DNA from: Heterodontus francisci
Taxonomy: Eukaryota
Direction of reading: 5' to 3'
Assembly (NCBI RefSeq): GCF_036365525.1
Contig: NC_090410.1
Span: 5,208,001 to 5,272,000, forward strand
DNA length: 64,000 bases
Under the pieces are notes generated by a model. It ran no database searches, was not told where the DNA came from, and saw only the letters and a program-made list of their open reading frames with translations. The position numbers were made by a program, and so were the translations under genes. Positions 46,967 through 60,850 of this stretch are shown here, one piece after another (the first letter of the stretch is position 1; each line of letters starts with the position of its first letter).

Positions 46967-49900
46967 GTAGGCTTGCAATTTCATATGAAATTCGTTTGTG
47001 TTTCTAATTGTAGCAACCTGTCCGCAGTGCAACATTGATGAAATTGCAACAAATAACAAGAATGTTACACCCGCTGCTGGTGCCTTCCTCGGGATTCTAA
47101 AGGGCGCTGGTTCCAGTGAAATCGACAGTAATTTGATAAGTAACGCAGTCGCTCCCTTGAATTGTGACTTTTCCTTCCAGCTTGGCGAAAAGACGGAATC
47201 TAAACGAGCAGCATTTCATGCTCCATGCCCAGGGATGTGGGCTGTCATGTTTTTCCGCGGTGTCTTGTACTATTTCAGTGACGCAGATTGCAATCAATGC
47301 AAGGCTGCTGCTGTTTCTCATTCTCCATTGTTTAGCCTCCTCGGCTGAATCAGAGGCAGATGAAAACAACAAAAAAAAACATGGCAAAACAAAGCGCAAA
47401 ACTGATCAATAATGCATGTTGGATTATACTGACATCGTACGTTTTTCCTAAGGGTGTTTCTATTCATTGACGCTCATCTAAGATGGACTTTTAATCTATA
47501 ATATTTTTATATTGTGAGGACATTTAGTCTTCCAAAACCTATTACTGATAAATTAGAATGATCTTTTTAAAACGAGGCATTTCATATATTTGTGTATCTA
47601 GGTAGGTGTTTTCTAGACTCAAGACTCTGGACTGAAATTGATTCTGTGTTGTGTAGATGGGCTGATTATGCAGATTGATTGTACAACATTTACAGAAAGA
47701 TTTCCCCCCCCCCCCCCCCCCCCAACCACAAGTTAAATACATGCTGAAAAATTTAGTATTCCCCAGAAAATTACACTCACTATTCAACTAATCAGGGTTA
47801 CGTTTCAATTTTTTTAATATATAGTTTGTAAATATTTGGAAGATGAAGTCTCTAATCAAATGTATTGTACAGTCAGTGTATGGTAGACTGTAATATCTTA
47901 GAATATAATAAATAGTTTTAAATGTAGGTGAATTGAGCTGAACGTTTTGTGTTGTCAATATAATATGCAACAGATAGAAACATTTAAAGGACCCCACCCC
48001 CACTGCACCGCAGTAAAACCAAATGGGTTCTAATGCTTTTCTTTTCAATTGAATTCTTTTGAAATGTTCATGCATTTGTGTAGCATCGCTGTGTGTTACT
48101 GTCCATTGGGGTAGTCTATTTTGAGCAAGTCATCAAAAGGCCCTAGAATTGAAAGGGTTAAATCTATTCTCCTTGAAATTGGTCGAGCTTTACCATACTG
48201 TGCTCCCAGTAAAGGTTAAACGTGAATGCTCTTTCTCAAGCTTCCAAAATGATTGCAGCACACACGCTGCATATATTTAAAATAATAGTGAAGCTTTTTA
48301 ATCTTTGTGGGGGGAGATTACTCCCCTTCTTACTCCTCTCCCTTCTCCTCCATCCCCCTTCTACCCTTCCCCCCACTTCTCCCTCCCTGCTTTTCCTCCT
48401 CCTACACCTACAAAATTGAAGCCCTGGCATTACCCTCAGCTCCGATTGGCCAACTCAGCACCGAGTGTCAATGCACTTGTCAATTACTTCCACCTCCCAT
48501 CCCAATTTTCAATGTAAATTTCACCCCTCCAGTGCCACACTGCATTCCCAGGCTCAGAGAACCTGGATGATGATTTCTGAATGTCATTGGCAGCTAGCAG
48601 GGTCATTGAATTTCTAGTTTTCTCTCCCTGACTGCCCCAACCCTTTTGGGGAAATGCATCAATCTGCACTTGGCACTCTTATCAGGGTACTTGCTGCGAT
48701 CAGGAACATGCCATATGGAGAATAACAGGTGTCAACCCACCTTCCTCCTGTGAATCCTTGGCACAGAACCAGCTCAGAAACTATTAATATTACCAGGCCT
48801 CCCATGGCAACTGACACTAAGTCACTTGATGTCCTGATCTGTAATGACAGGAGTATTATATCCTGTAATGATGCTAAGGTAGAATGTATCATTCTGTCAC
48901 TAAGGTGGAAGGTATTATTCTGCTGCTACTATGGAGCAGTGTCGAAGGTGGCCAGTTCCTTTTAAGGCCTTAAAGTTTTGATTGGAAGTAAACACAGCCT
49001 GAGGTCCATCACAGTTCAATTACCCCTTTGGTGTTGAGGTGGTGGGGTGGGGGGGGGGGGTTTGCAGATAATGTTGTTCTTGTAAACCTCTGATTCTAGG
49101 TCAGGAGAAACACAGCATAAAGTGACTGGCTTTTTAAAAGCATGTTTTAATGGTTAGTTTGAAAGTCTGATGTGCCCTTTTTATAGCTGATTATTGACAG
49201 TGAAGAATGTACATTAAATACTGTGAAATTGCTGTTGATTGAAGAGTTGGAAAGTAAATTCTGTACAATTTTCAAATCGCATTATCTATAGTGGTTAAGA
49301 ATATTCTTGCAGCATTTGCATTAAGAAAGGGATTCAGTTTCATTTATACAGCCTTTTATACAAACATACGAATTAGCAGGAGGAGGCCATTCGGCCCCTC
49401 GAACCTGCTCCATCATTTGATAAGATCATGGCTGATCTGACTATGGCCTCAACTGTACTTTCCTGTCTACCTGCTATATCCTTTGACTCCCTCGTCAATC
49501 AAGAATCTATTTAACTCAGCCTGAAAAATATTCAATGACCCTGTCTCCACCGCTCTCTGGGAAAGAGAATTCCACAGTCTAACAATCCTCTGAGAAAAAT
49601 TTCTCCTCATCTCCATCTTTAATGGGAGACTCCTTATTTTTAAACTGTGTTCCCTAGTTCTAGTCTCTCCCATTAGGGGAAACATCCCATACAGAGTAGG
49701 AAGATCTCAGGTTCAATCTGTGCTCCATTCCATGTTAGTTGCCACACAAGATCCGCAGGTGGTCTCCAGGGGTGTGGGGAGGGGATGGGCTGTGATCTAG
49801 AGAGAGGAATATTGATAGGAATTCTTGTTCCTGATCACTATCCGGTGCACTGTCATGTAAAGATTGTGTGTGGAGAGATTAATTAATAACAGTTGTTGAT

Positions 49901-51039
49901 GCCCCCCTGAATTTGAATAGACACAAAATTCACTGTTCAAGCCTTCGTGGTTCAGCCTGTAACTGTATCTCAGCATGAATGGATGCCTTCAGGAGAGGAT
50001 ATGAGAAACAGGAAGATGGGATGTCAAAATTGTAAACTCATTTCGAGAGTAACTTTAATAAAATGGAGAGTTTTTAAAAAAACAATTGGATATATTTTCT
50101 GTTGACAAATGTCATTGAGTTGGTGAAACGTTTTTATTCCCAGTCTGTAAACCAAGGAATTCCAGACCAGGTACGATAAGAGTTTGCAGTATTCAGTAAA
50201 GCTCCCTCTAATTTAACCAACTTTAGCCCCCACCTCAGTGGACTGCTTCTTAACTGTACCCATCCTCCTTACAGCCTCTCTGAGTGACATTCCCAACTTA
50301 AGGCTGGTTTCGGGACTGATCATGCTTCTGGCAACAAGACAGTGCTGTGTTACAACCAAGACATCTACCAGAAGCATGGTCAGAATATGTGCCAGTCAGA
50401 GCAAGGGGTAGACGAGCCCTGCTTAGAGATGGGAAAAGCACCAGGAGATATGGGGTCACTTCATGTATACTGACCGCTGGGAGACTTGCCCTAGCACCAC
50501 ACACAACCCTACAGGGACCTGTACCCTTAGCTTTCACCCTTACTAATGCCCTCTACATCACGACCAAATTGGACTTCTCCAACCCATCACCAAGCACCCC
50601 TCGCCCTAATATATAATAGAACAATGCAACTATATATTGCTCGTGTCTCTCCGCATGTGAGAGAAAATAGTCTAAATCAAGCCATAGTCATGAGATAGCA
50701 CGTAACCTTAAATACAATGAAATAAAGGGTAGTTTTGCATCACGTATTTGAGTCCATGGTTACTGAAGCTGCCGGAGATTTCACTCAGAACTCCGCACTT
50801 GGCAGAGAGAGGGGCAGAAACACACGCACAAAGACACTCTCTGGTCGGGCTGGCCTCAGTCCCAGATCGAAGAAGATAAAGGATGACATTCTAACGGTCT
50901 GTGTCACTCAGTCCTTTGGCAGTGTGTGTTCTAATTGCCCTTGTGATGATGTTGAGAATTGGAAATGAAATGTAGATGAGATGATCTTTGAGTCCTGGAC
51001 TTTGGCTTTCAGTAGAAATCGGGTCATTTCGCATGAATG

Positions 51040-51645
51040 GTAGATAAGCTGGTCAAGAAGGCATTCAAGATACTTTCCTTTATTGGCTGACACAGAGTAA
51101 AAGAGCAGGGTGGTTAGGCTCGAACTGTACAAAACAGAGCCCAGAGCTAGAGTACTGCATGCAATACGGGAAGGATGTGATTGCACTAGAGAGGATACAG
51201 AGGAGATTTACAAGGAAGTTGCCAGGAATGGGGAATTTTAGCTATGAAGAAAAAATGAATGGGTTGGGGTTGTTTGGAACAGATGAGGCTGAGGGGAAAT
51301 TTAATTGAGGTGTATAAAATTATGAGAGGCCTGGATAGAGTGGATAGGAAGAACCTATTTCCCTTAGCAGAGAGATCAATAACCAGAGGGCACAGATTTA
51401 AAGTAATTGGTGGAAGGATTAGAGGAAATTTGAGGAGAAAGTTTTTCACCCAGAGGGTGGTGGGGATCTGGAATTCACTACCTGAAAGGGTGGTAGAGGC
51501 AGAAACCCTCACCACGTTTAAAAATTATTTGGCTACGGACCAAGAGCTGGAAAGTGGGATTAGGCGGAATAGCTCTTTGTTGGCCAACACAGACATGATG
51601 GGCCAAATGGTCACCTTCTGTGTCGTACGTTTTCTATGGTTCTGT
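51040..51645 (+). mobile_element. CR1 3' fragment
   Basis: ORF 51259 RLRGNLIEVYKIMRG...FFTQRVVGIWNSLP. Similar fragments lie near 150, 5790, 9085, 14085, 49365, 56680 and 63080. Confidence 0.85.
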
Positions 51646-51691
51646 GTTGAGAGGATTGAATGGGATGTGATCCTCTTTCGCCACACATATC

Positions 51692-52193
51692 GGGCTGGAT
51701 TTTAAGAGCCCACCAATATCGGCTCATTTAAATAGCCGGGGTGTCCCACACCTCAATCTCATGGAGGGGGAGGGGCTGTCCGTCGCCAGCAATGGCGTCA
51801 GCTGCCTGTGCGCAGGTGCTGGCACCATTTTTAAAGGGCAGCCATCCCTGCTGGCATATTTAAATTTGTAAAGATAGACCCCCCAAAATTTATCAGATAA
51901 ATTTATAACGTCCCTCTCCCAACCCTCCAATAACAAATACATTAAATATTTGCCCTTCCACCCCCAAAACTTACCTTTTAAATTTGACCTCCCGACTGCC
52001 CCCAGACTGCACAAAGTTTAAAGTTTACCCCTTTCCCACCACCCCCTACACCATTACATTTATTTGACCTCGTTCCGCACCAGCCCCCCACACCCCGGCA
52101 CTGTAAATCTTAACTCCTCTCTCCCCCACCGCACCCCCCCCCCCCCCACCCCGCCATAGCGCCCGACGTTGTGGGCTTGGTAAAATCCAGCCC
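51692..52193. mobile_element. MITE with 13-bp TIRs and 3-bp TSD (PIF/Harbinger-like)
   Basis: GGGCTGGATTTTA...TAAAATCCAGCCC flanked on both sides by ATC. Confidence 0.8.
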
Positions 52194-55100
52194 ATCTTTT
52201 TTTTGGTGTGTGTGTGTTACTGCCCCTGACCATCTGAATCTTAGAAATGACTCACATTCCCAGCTCCTCGCCCTCCCAAACTCTTCACCCAGATGTTACC
52301 GGTATTCAATATTGCTTTCCATTCAGCGCTAAAAATAATCCACCAGTCCATCCAATTTAATTGGCAGGTTCCTAGCTCAAATACAGACCAGGTGACCAAC
52401 TCTCTCTGACCTCTAACCTCCAACTTGTCTTTCTGTCATATTTCCCAGATTTCTGTTATTTTGCTGAAGCTTTCCTCCTTTCTCACTCTCTCGCTCTTCC
52501 TCAATTGTAAATATACCTTTAGTTTTCCTGTGATGCTTAAATGAAGAGTTATTACACCTTCGCCTACTCTAATTAATTCTTTGTTGAGCTGTCAGAGCTA
52601 CAGAATCTTTATCTCCCTCAGTCCCACCGAACTGAAGTGTTTAAACCCACGCACACATTCCCTAATCACCACTTCCTGATTTACCCCCTCCCTTTTAATT
52701 CAGGCGCTCAGTGTCAAACAGTTGGATTTCACCCGTCTCCTAGGTTTCCCAATTTAAGGAACAAACAAAATCTAAATCCTGGGAGGAGTCGGAGTTTTTT
52801 TGACCTCTGACCTTAATTTCTAATAGCTGTGGCAGAGGCAGTAATGATGAATTACAGGATGGAACCCAGTTCTCGGTAATTGACTGGTTCCTAATGTTAT
52901 CCAGCGGCAGAATGTTCTTTATACATTTGGCTAATAACCTGTCAAAATGGCCTTGTGTCAGAAATCACTCCCATTAATTGGCTGGCTGATTAACATTTTA
53001 ATTGATTTCTTTTATACAATTAGTAATGGTGGGGGGGAAACTAGAAAGATGTTTCCCCAGAAACAGATTGGAAGATTTGTCTTCATTGAGTCTCAGAAGC
53101 AATGAACCATTTTGAAGTGTTGTGTTAGCAAATGCAGCTGCCATTTTTGCACAGTCAGATCCCACAAAAAAACAGTGATGAGGTGAATGCCAGGTTAATC
53201 TGTTTCAGGTGGGGCTGTTTGAGGGAGGAATATTGCCCAGGACATCGTGGAGAACTCCCCGTTCTCCTTCGAAGAACACTTTGGAGCCCTGTCCACGAGC
53301 AGGTTAACATCTCCTAATGAGAGAATGCACTGATGAAGCAATAACACTCGTATGTTTTTCAACTCCGAAGGAAGAATGCTACCAACTATCTGCCAGCAAG
53401 GAGATATTTTAAAAGGGTTAATGATTGCGATAAAATTTGTAAAGACAGAAATTTGAAGCTGCTTTTATATTGATTTATGACCATTGGTTTGCTGCATTTA
53501 GAGAGCAGGTGACGTTAAAAGGGCTCAAACACATTTGTCCTTCTGTAGGTTTTGACACCTGCCACTGGTCTAACTGTGATCTAGGGCTCTTGGTGGTGCA
53601 AACATGGGAGGGATGACTGACAGGAAAGGACCCAGTGAGCCCCTCTGACCTGTTCCGTGTACAGTTGAGTTTCTCATGCATCACAATATATAAACCCCAC
53701 TTCCCGACCTCAACACAGAAGTTATGTGATCTCCCAGGCAAACCAAAAAACCATTAAAAAACCCAGGCCAATTATAGGGTGAAAAACCCAGCAAATTTAG
53801 GTGGTCTTAGAAGGACAGGTTAGACTTGGCTGTGATGCCTCCCATGGTTGACTGTCCAGATCACGCATGAGTAATGGTCACTTGGCTGAAGTACAAGAGA
53901 ATGAGTGGGACCGTACCCCACCAAGGGGAGCAGGAAGGGATGGCAAAACAAAATTATTGTGAAGCACATGAGATGTGGGGAGGCAAAATAATAGTCTTAT
54001 CACTTTTTCATCCCATATGCTCACTGTTTTTCTGGATTGGGCCAGTCCAAAATCTAAATGGTGCTCATGAGACCCAAAGTTTAATCCTAGTTTTAATTAT
54101 TGTCCCAGTCAGGGTCATCAAAATGACGAATATTCAGTACTCAGGAGTTCAGATACCTCCAAACTGACAGCTATGTCATGGGCCAGTTCGATACTTTGCT
54201 GTAGTGAGTATTTTGGAATCTGTTGCAGTTCCTCTTTGGGACAGACAGTAGAAGCGATTGTGGAGGTTTATGCTCTTGAGTTTAATGGCAAGTGGTTCTG
54301 GATATCTTAGGTTGTTGAGATGTGATTTGTTGACTAATTGGATAGCTCTTTCAAAGAGCTGGCATAGTAACGATGGGCCAAATGGCCACCTTCTGTACTG
54401 TATAGTTCTATAAGTGCAGTTTACTGATGTGTCCTCCACGAGGTGCTTGTACTGACTCATGTCACAATTTTTCCCTTCCACAAGTTTTCTGACTCCAGCC
54501 CCTCAGCACTGGGCTTTTCAGCACAGTTTGAAGGCTGCATTTGTCTGTAGTTGGGACTGTTGTCACACCTTAGTTGTCTGACATATTTCGTGCTATTCCC
54601 CAGGGGCCGACCCTGACTATTTTCCTCTTTTAATTCCTCCCTCGCCCCTAACACACAATTGACCACTGCCACACAGTGGCTTCAACTCCATAGTCTGAAA
54701 ATTCAGCAGTGTTCAAACAAGTGACTTATGGGCTGAGTTTGACCCCACTCACGATTGTGACAGAAAGCTACTGGTCGGAAATCCACAGGTACTAGAACGT
54801 AGACAGCCCCAAGATTTGTTTGAGGGTCAATGCAGAGTTAAAAGTAATTTTTCTCTTTCAGATGAGACAGTGAACTGAGGCCTGCCTGTTCTGTCAAATG
54901 GATTGAAAAGATCCCATGGCCTTATTTTGAAGAACAGCAGGGAGTTATCTCCAGTGTCCTGGGCCAATAGTAATCCCTCGATTAAAATCACAAAAGCAGA
55001 TTATCTGTTCATCACATTGCTGTTTATGGGATCTTGCTGTGTCCAAATTGGCTACCGCGTTTACTACATTGCAACAGTGACTATAATTCAAAAATAGTTG

Positions 55101-55475
55101 ATTGGCTGTGGAACGCTTTGGGACATCCCAAACACGACAGAAATCCTTCAGCTCCAACAATATGGATTTAACTCCACTACGGTTTGGAATGTTCTCTGTA
55201 TACTAAAGGCATGATAAGAAATACAACTTGTTAACCCACCCTCAATGGATGATCCTTTAACTGTATCAGTCATCATAGCTTCCTCCCTGTGTGAGATTCC
55301 CCATGTCGTGCCAGTTAGTAGCTTGGACAGGTCACCAGGAACTAGACTAAAATGCTAGGGATCTTTAAGCCTCGATTTTCTGCCAGCACTATTTTAATGC
55401 TGCTAGTGACCTAGGTTACACCAGCCGCGAGAGGAGACTTTCAGTCCATCAGTGTACAGTCCATCAGTGTACAGT

Positions 55476-56010
55476 ATTAGTCTCCTTATTTAAAGAAGGA
55501 TGTAAATGTGTTGGAAACCGTTCACAGAAGGTTTACTAAACTAATACCTGGAATCTGATGAGGAAAGATTGGACAGGCTAGGCTTGTATCTGCTGGAGTT
55601 TAGAAGAGTAAGAGGCGACTTGATTGAAACATATAAGATCCTGAGGGGTCTTGACAGGGTGGATGTGGAAAGGATGTTTCCCCTTGTGGGAGAATCTAGA
55701 ACTAGGGGTCACTGTTTAAAAATAAGGGGTTGGTCATTTAAGACCGAGATGAGGAGAAATTTCTTCTCTCAGAGGGTCATGAGTCTTTGGAATTCTCTTC
55801 CTCAAAAGGTTGTGGAAGCAGAGTCTTTGAATATTTCTAAGGCAGAGGTAGATAAATTCTTGATAAGCAAGGGGGTGGAAGGTTATTGGGAGTAGACGGA
55901 AATGTGGAGTTAGGTTACAATCAGATCAGCCATGATCTTGTTGAATGATAGAGCAAGTTTCAGGGGCCGAGTGGCCTACTCCTGCTCCTAATTTGTATGT
56001 TCGTATGTCG
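55476..56010 (+). mobile_element. CR1 3' fragment
   Basis: ORF 55569 GDLIETYKILRGLDRVD...NFFSQRVMSLWNSLP, ending in a TATGTTCG tail. Confidence 0.88.
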
Positions 56011-58291
56011 GTTTGTGTTGGAATCAAACCCAGGACCCTAACGTTTCCTGCATTACAATAGTGACTGCACTTCACAAAGTACTTAATTGGCTGTAAACGT
56101 ACCTTTATATAGCGCCTTTAATGTAGTAAAATCTCCCAAGGTGCTTCACAGGAGCGATTTTATCAGACAAAATTTGACACTGAAACACGTAAGGAGATAT
56201 TAGGGCAGGTGACCAAAAGCTTGGACAAAGGAGTAGGTTTTCAGGTGCTCCTCAAAGGAGGAAGGAGAAGTAGAGGGAGGGACAGGTTTAGGGAGGGAAT
56301 TCCAGAGCTTGGGGCCCAGGCCGCTGAAGGCACGGCCACCAATTAAAATTGGGGATGTACACAAGGCCAGAATTTGAGGAGCTTTGGAACATCCTGAGGT
56401 CGTGAAAGATACTGTATTAATACAGTAAAGGACCATCAGTGTACAGTCGGCTGCTCCACCTTCCTCTCCCAGCTGATTGTTTAATTCTAAAACCCTATTT
56501 ACAAAGCAAACAATGTTCAGATTGGTGAGAAATGTGCTGGGTTTCTGGTTTTTTAATGATCTTTATAGTTTACTCTTTAATCTGGCTGGTCTCCCACATT
56601 CAACCCTCTGTAAACTTGAGAACATCCTAAACTCTGCTGCCCATGTCTTAACTTGCACCAAGTCCCGTTCACCGAGGAACATAGAACTTAGGAGCAGGAG
56701 TAGGCCATTCGGCCCCTCGAGCCTGCTCTGCCATTTGATAAGATCAAAGCTGATCTGGTTGTGGTCTCAACTGCACTTTCCTATGTGTCCCTCATAACCC
56801 TTGACTCTCTTGTCTATCAAAACATATCTAGCTCAGCCTTGAATAAATTCAATGACCCAGCCTCCATTGTTCTCCGAGGAAGAGAATTCCACAGACTAAT
56901 GACCCCCGAGAGAAAAAAATTTCTCTTCATCTCCACCTTAAAGGAGAGACCTCTTATTCTTAAACTGTCCTAGTCTCCCTGCAAAGCGGAACCATCCTCA
57001 CGATCACCTATAACCCCTGTGTTCGCTGATCTGCATTGGATCCCAGTCAAGCAGTGTCTTGATTTCAAAATTTTCATCCTTGTTTTCAAATCCCTCATAG
57101 CCTCCGCCGTCCCTATCTCTATAATCTCTTCCAGCCCCACAATCCTCCAAGATATCTACGTTCCTCTAATTCTGGCATCTTGTGCAGCTCTGAATTTAAT
57201 CACTGTGCCATTGGTGGCTGCACCTTCAGTTCCGAGTTCTGAAATTCTCTCCCTAAACCTCTCCGCCTTGCTTTCCTCCTTTAAGACACTCCTTATACTT
57301 GCCTCTTTGACCAATCTATTGGTCATCTGACCTAATATCTCCTTATGTGGCTCGGTGTCATATTTTGTTTTATAATGCTCCTGTGAAGCACCTTGGGATG
57401 TTTTATTATGTTAAAGGCGCTATATAAATATGTTTTATTAAAAAAAAATGTCTGGCCTGCACTAAACCGGAAACACAGTCGTTCGTTTGGCTGGGAAAGC
57501 CCCAGATTGGATAGGGGCCTGTATCCTGGCAGAGTGCTGGAATATATTAGGACAGGGGTCTGCAAACTGCGGCTCTCTGAGGACTAACGAGCGCCTCCTT
57601 ACCTTGATCGATCGAACCCATTTTGATGATTAAACGGCTTGTTTTGTTCTTTTAAACTTTTATTGACATGGTGTTTGTGAGAAAGTATCACTCAATGAAC
57701 AACATTTTTGTAAAACGCTTTAAAATGTTGTTGAAATGTGTCTCCATCTTTTTTTATTATTATTGGCATTTGAGTAACAGCATTGTGACTCTTAAGATCT
57801 TGTATTTTTTATTCGCTTGGGGGATGTAGATGTTGCTGTTTATTGTCTATCCCTGATTGCTCTTGACAAGGTTGCTGTGTCAAAGCCCAGTCTATTACAG
57901 TGAATCCCACTGAAAGTCAATGAATTAACCCCTTCCCTGACAAACCTGATCATCTAAAAGCCCTCTGACCTGGTAATGACTTGACATTCTGTTTGTGTCT
58001 ATGTGTTTCCATCAGTCTTGGGCAAGGTCACATTTAGTCACCCCGAATTGTGCAGATTGTCCAGCCACTTCACAGGACTTTGAGTCATCGAAGGAGTGTG
58101 GGACTGGAGTCATATGTGAGCCAGACTGGGTAAGGATGGCAGGTTCCCTTCACGGAAGAACATTAATGCATCAGTTGGGTATTTACAAAAACTTGCGTGA
58201 CATTTTTTTTCTAGTGCCTACCCACAGCCTACTAGATTTATTGAATATAATTCCGCAGTCTGGAGAACTCTGGATGTCTGGGTTGTTAATG

Positions 58292-58677
58292 TGGGTTGCT
58301 AACCCTCCAGGATTGTCTTGAAGTCTCCAGAAACGGTAGATTGATCTCCAATGCACTGCTCCAAGCAACACCCGAGGGGGTAAAATCATTCGGATATTAA
58401 AATAAAAAGTGTCCTTTTTAAACTTTCTGTAAACTCTTTTGCTTATGAGCAATGAAAAAAATATTAGCAATGGGGCTGGGGGAGAAAGGACTGTTTGAGA
58501 AATTATCCAATCGGTTAGAAATGTGTCTGCTCACTTCTCAATTGGCTGAGAGAAGGCGGAGCACTGTGAGGATGGGCCTGTCGGGTGACCAATGGCGGGG
58601 GGGTAGGTGGCAGTTGGCAATGGGAAGTCATGTGATGAAACCTCCAGGAATACATCCAACCAGAGTTGGCAACCCTA
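58292..58677. mobile_element. MITE, same family as 12137-12687
   Basis: TGGGTTGCTAAC...GTTGGCAACCCTA termini and shared internal sequence. Confidence 0.7.
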
Positions 58678-59108
58678 GCAGTGATTCCATTACCATAATG
58701 AATGGTCCTTCATGTCTTCAGCACAATCCCCATCCGACAGACTACACTGGATTTCCACACAGGCCGAGGAATCAAAACTTGGATTTTTTCTCACACTAGA
58801 CAACGCGTTTCATTTCAAAACAAAAAAAGGCAGTTATGTATACACTGATGTGACTTATTGGCCAGTTTTTATGATATTTTAAAGGGTTGGTGTGCTCCTA
58901 TTTATGAAACCTAAGAACCATGTCATTTTCCTCATTGCGACACTTGTTATAAGGGACATTATGCCTCATCGCATCTTGTGTTTGCAACTAAACCCCAAAA
59001 AAAGTTGCCAGACTGCAAAGGTAGTGCCCATTTAATGAATTCTCCTTGGATTATTGGCAATAAATTTTACGCTTGCATCATCTGAATGTTTTTCAGAAAC
59101 AACTGAAA

Positions 59109-59262
59109 ATGACAAAAGAAAATGTGACGGATGTTGCTTCGGAGGAGGAGCACCAAGACTCCCTGGATCACCAGCTGGCAGAATTCCAGAGCCCAGTGCT
59201 GGAGAGACGCAAGAAGCCTATCGTTCATCCCTCTGCTCCAGCACCGCTTCCCAAGGATTATG
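59109..59262 (+). CDS. CLIP3: CAP-Gly domain-containing linker protein 3, first coding exon (exon begins at 59097)
   Basis: tttttcag acceptor, G|gtaatt donor; MTKENV...ERRKKPIVHPSAPAPLPKDY matches the recalled CLIP3 N-terminus. Confidence 0.92.
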
Positions 59263-60710
59263 GTAATTGTTTTGAACTGTAATTGGTGTTCTCGATCTTG
59301 AGCTTTCAGTCCGACATCCGTCCCCATCACCCAGGTCACTGATCTCCATCTCAGCAACATTGCCTACCCCCATCTCTAACGTGCCCAATCTGTCGCTGCT
59401 AACACTCATATAAATACCCCACTCACTTCTCTTGGTGGCCTCTCATTGTCCCAGTCAACACAGGAAATTTACAAAATATTCACAGCACAGAAACGGGCCG
59501 TTCAGCCCGACAGGTCCTTGCCACTGTTTATGCTCCGCACGATCCTGCTCCCACCCTACTTCAGCTAATCTCTTCAGCATATCCTTTCACTTAAGAGATA
59601 GGCCCAAGGCCTGTGGCAGTGGCAGGATGGAACTGCCAACTGGGAAATATGAGGATGATGTTAGGTGGTTTTCCCGCCGCACTTTGCAGAACTATCTACT
59701 CTCCATTCTAAAAATCTTTGGTCTGCCACAAACCCGTGACCATCAAGTTTAGGGTGAGCCACAACTTCCTCCAGTTGAACCCTGGAAGGGCCTTCAACTC
59801 TGGCCAGTTTACTCCAGAAACCATTTCCCGGCCTGTTCATTTAGGCTGTAAAGGCTGTTGCCCAGCCCCTGATCCTGAACTAAATTCCAAATGTGCTCTC
59901 CTATCCTTTCCTATTCCTGCTCACTCACATCTCCACAACCCACAATAGTGATATTCATATCCATGTTTTTGTCACTCCCAGACTATGGGGAGAACTTTTG
60001 TCCCCACTTGGGAGTGAGAATGGAGGTGGATGGGCACATAGGCTTGCACCACCAGCTGGTGCAGTGGTTTGCTGGCACCATCCCGCCCCTGAGCCATTTT
60101 CCCAGATGCAGGATCAGGGATCAGAGTGTCCTGCCTGTAAGTGGCAGGTTATCAATTAAGGTAAATTAGTGACCAATTAAGGTCAATTATTAGAGGCCAA
60201 CTGGAATTTTCCCCAAGGCCCTGGTGGCATCGGGAGTAGGCCAACTGCCTGGAGGCAGCCTCTCAGTGGCAGACGAGGGTGGAGGAGCCAGCACCCCAGG
60301 TAGGTTTTGAGACTGTCTCCCACCTGTCTGACCACAGGCTGCCCTGTGGAGAGGTTTCCCCTTCCACAACAATGGCCCAGCCGCTGTGGCTGTTTTTCTC
60401 CCTTACCTGCAATAGCCTCCAATGTCCCTCCAGCTTTGCGAGCCCGCCCAAAGTCCTTAATTGGACGGCGAGCACAACATCTGGCCACTAATTGGCCAAC
60501 TCAAGGAATATCACTGCCGGGTGACTGTTCCCCACACAGTGCGGGGTTGGGAACCCCATTTGACCCATCACCATGGGCCTCAGCTGACGTTATAACTGGG
60601 ATCTAGGTCCCAAAGGTGGCCCTGGATCTCTGGGTGCTAGACTGTGTGAGACGACAGGTTAGCAGAATGCAGTAATTGAGTGAAATAATCTTCTCTGCTG
60701 TTCTCTGCAG

Positions 60711-60850
60711 CCTTCACGTTCTTTGACCCGAATGACCCAGCTTGCCAGGAAATCCTGTTTGACCCCCAGACGACAATCCCAGAACTCTTTGCCATCATAA
60801 GGCAGTGGGTACCCCAGGTGCAGCACAAGATCGACACCATTGGAAGTGAG
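60711..60850 (+). CDS. CLIP3: CLIP3 second coding exon
   Basis: ttctctgcag acceptor, GAG|gtgagt donor; AFTFFDPNDPACQEILFDPQTTIPELFAIIRQWVPQVQHKIDTIGSE. Confidence 0.96.

Noticed and set aside
47704-47722. Long C/G homopolymers (also near 675, 34814, 49030 and 52135)
   Set aside because: Simple low-complexity runs; lengths are unreliable and there is no supporting structure
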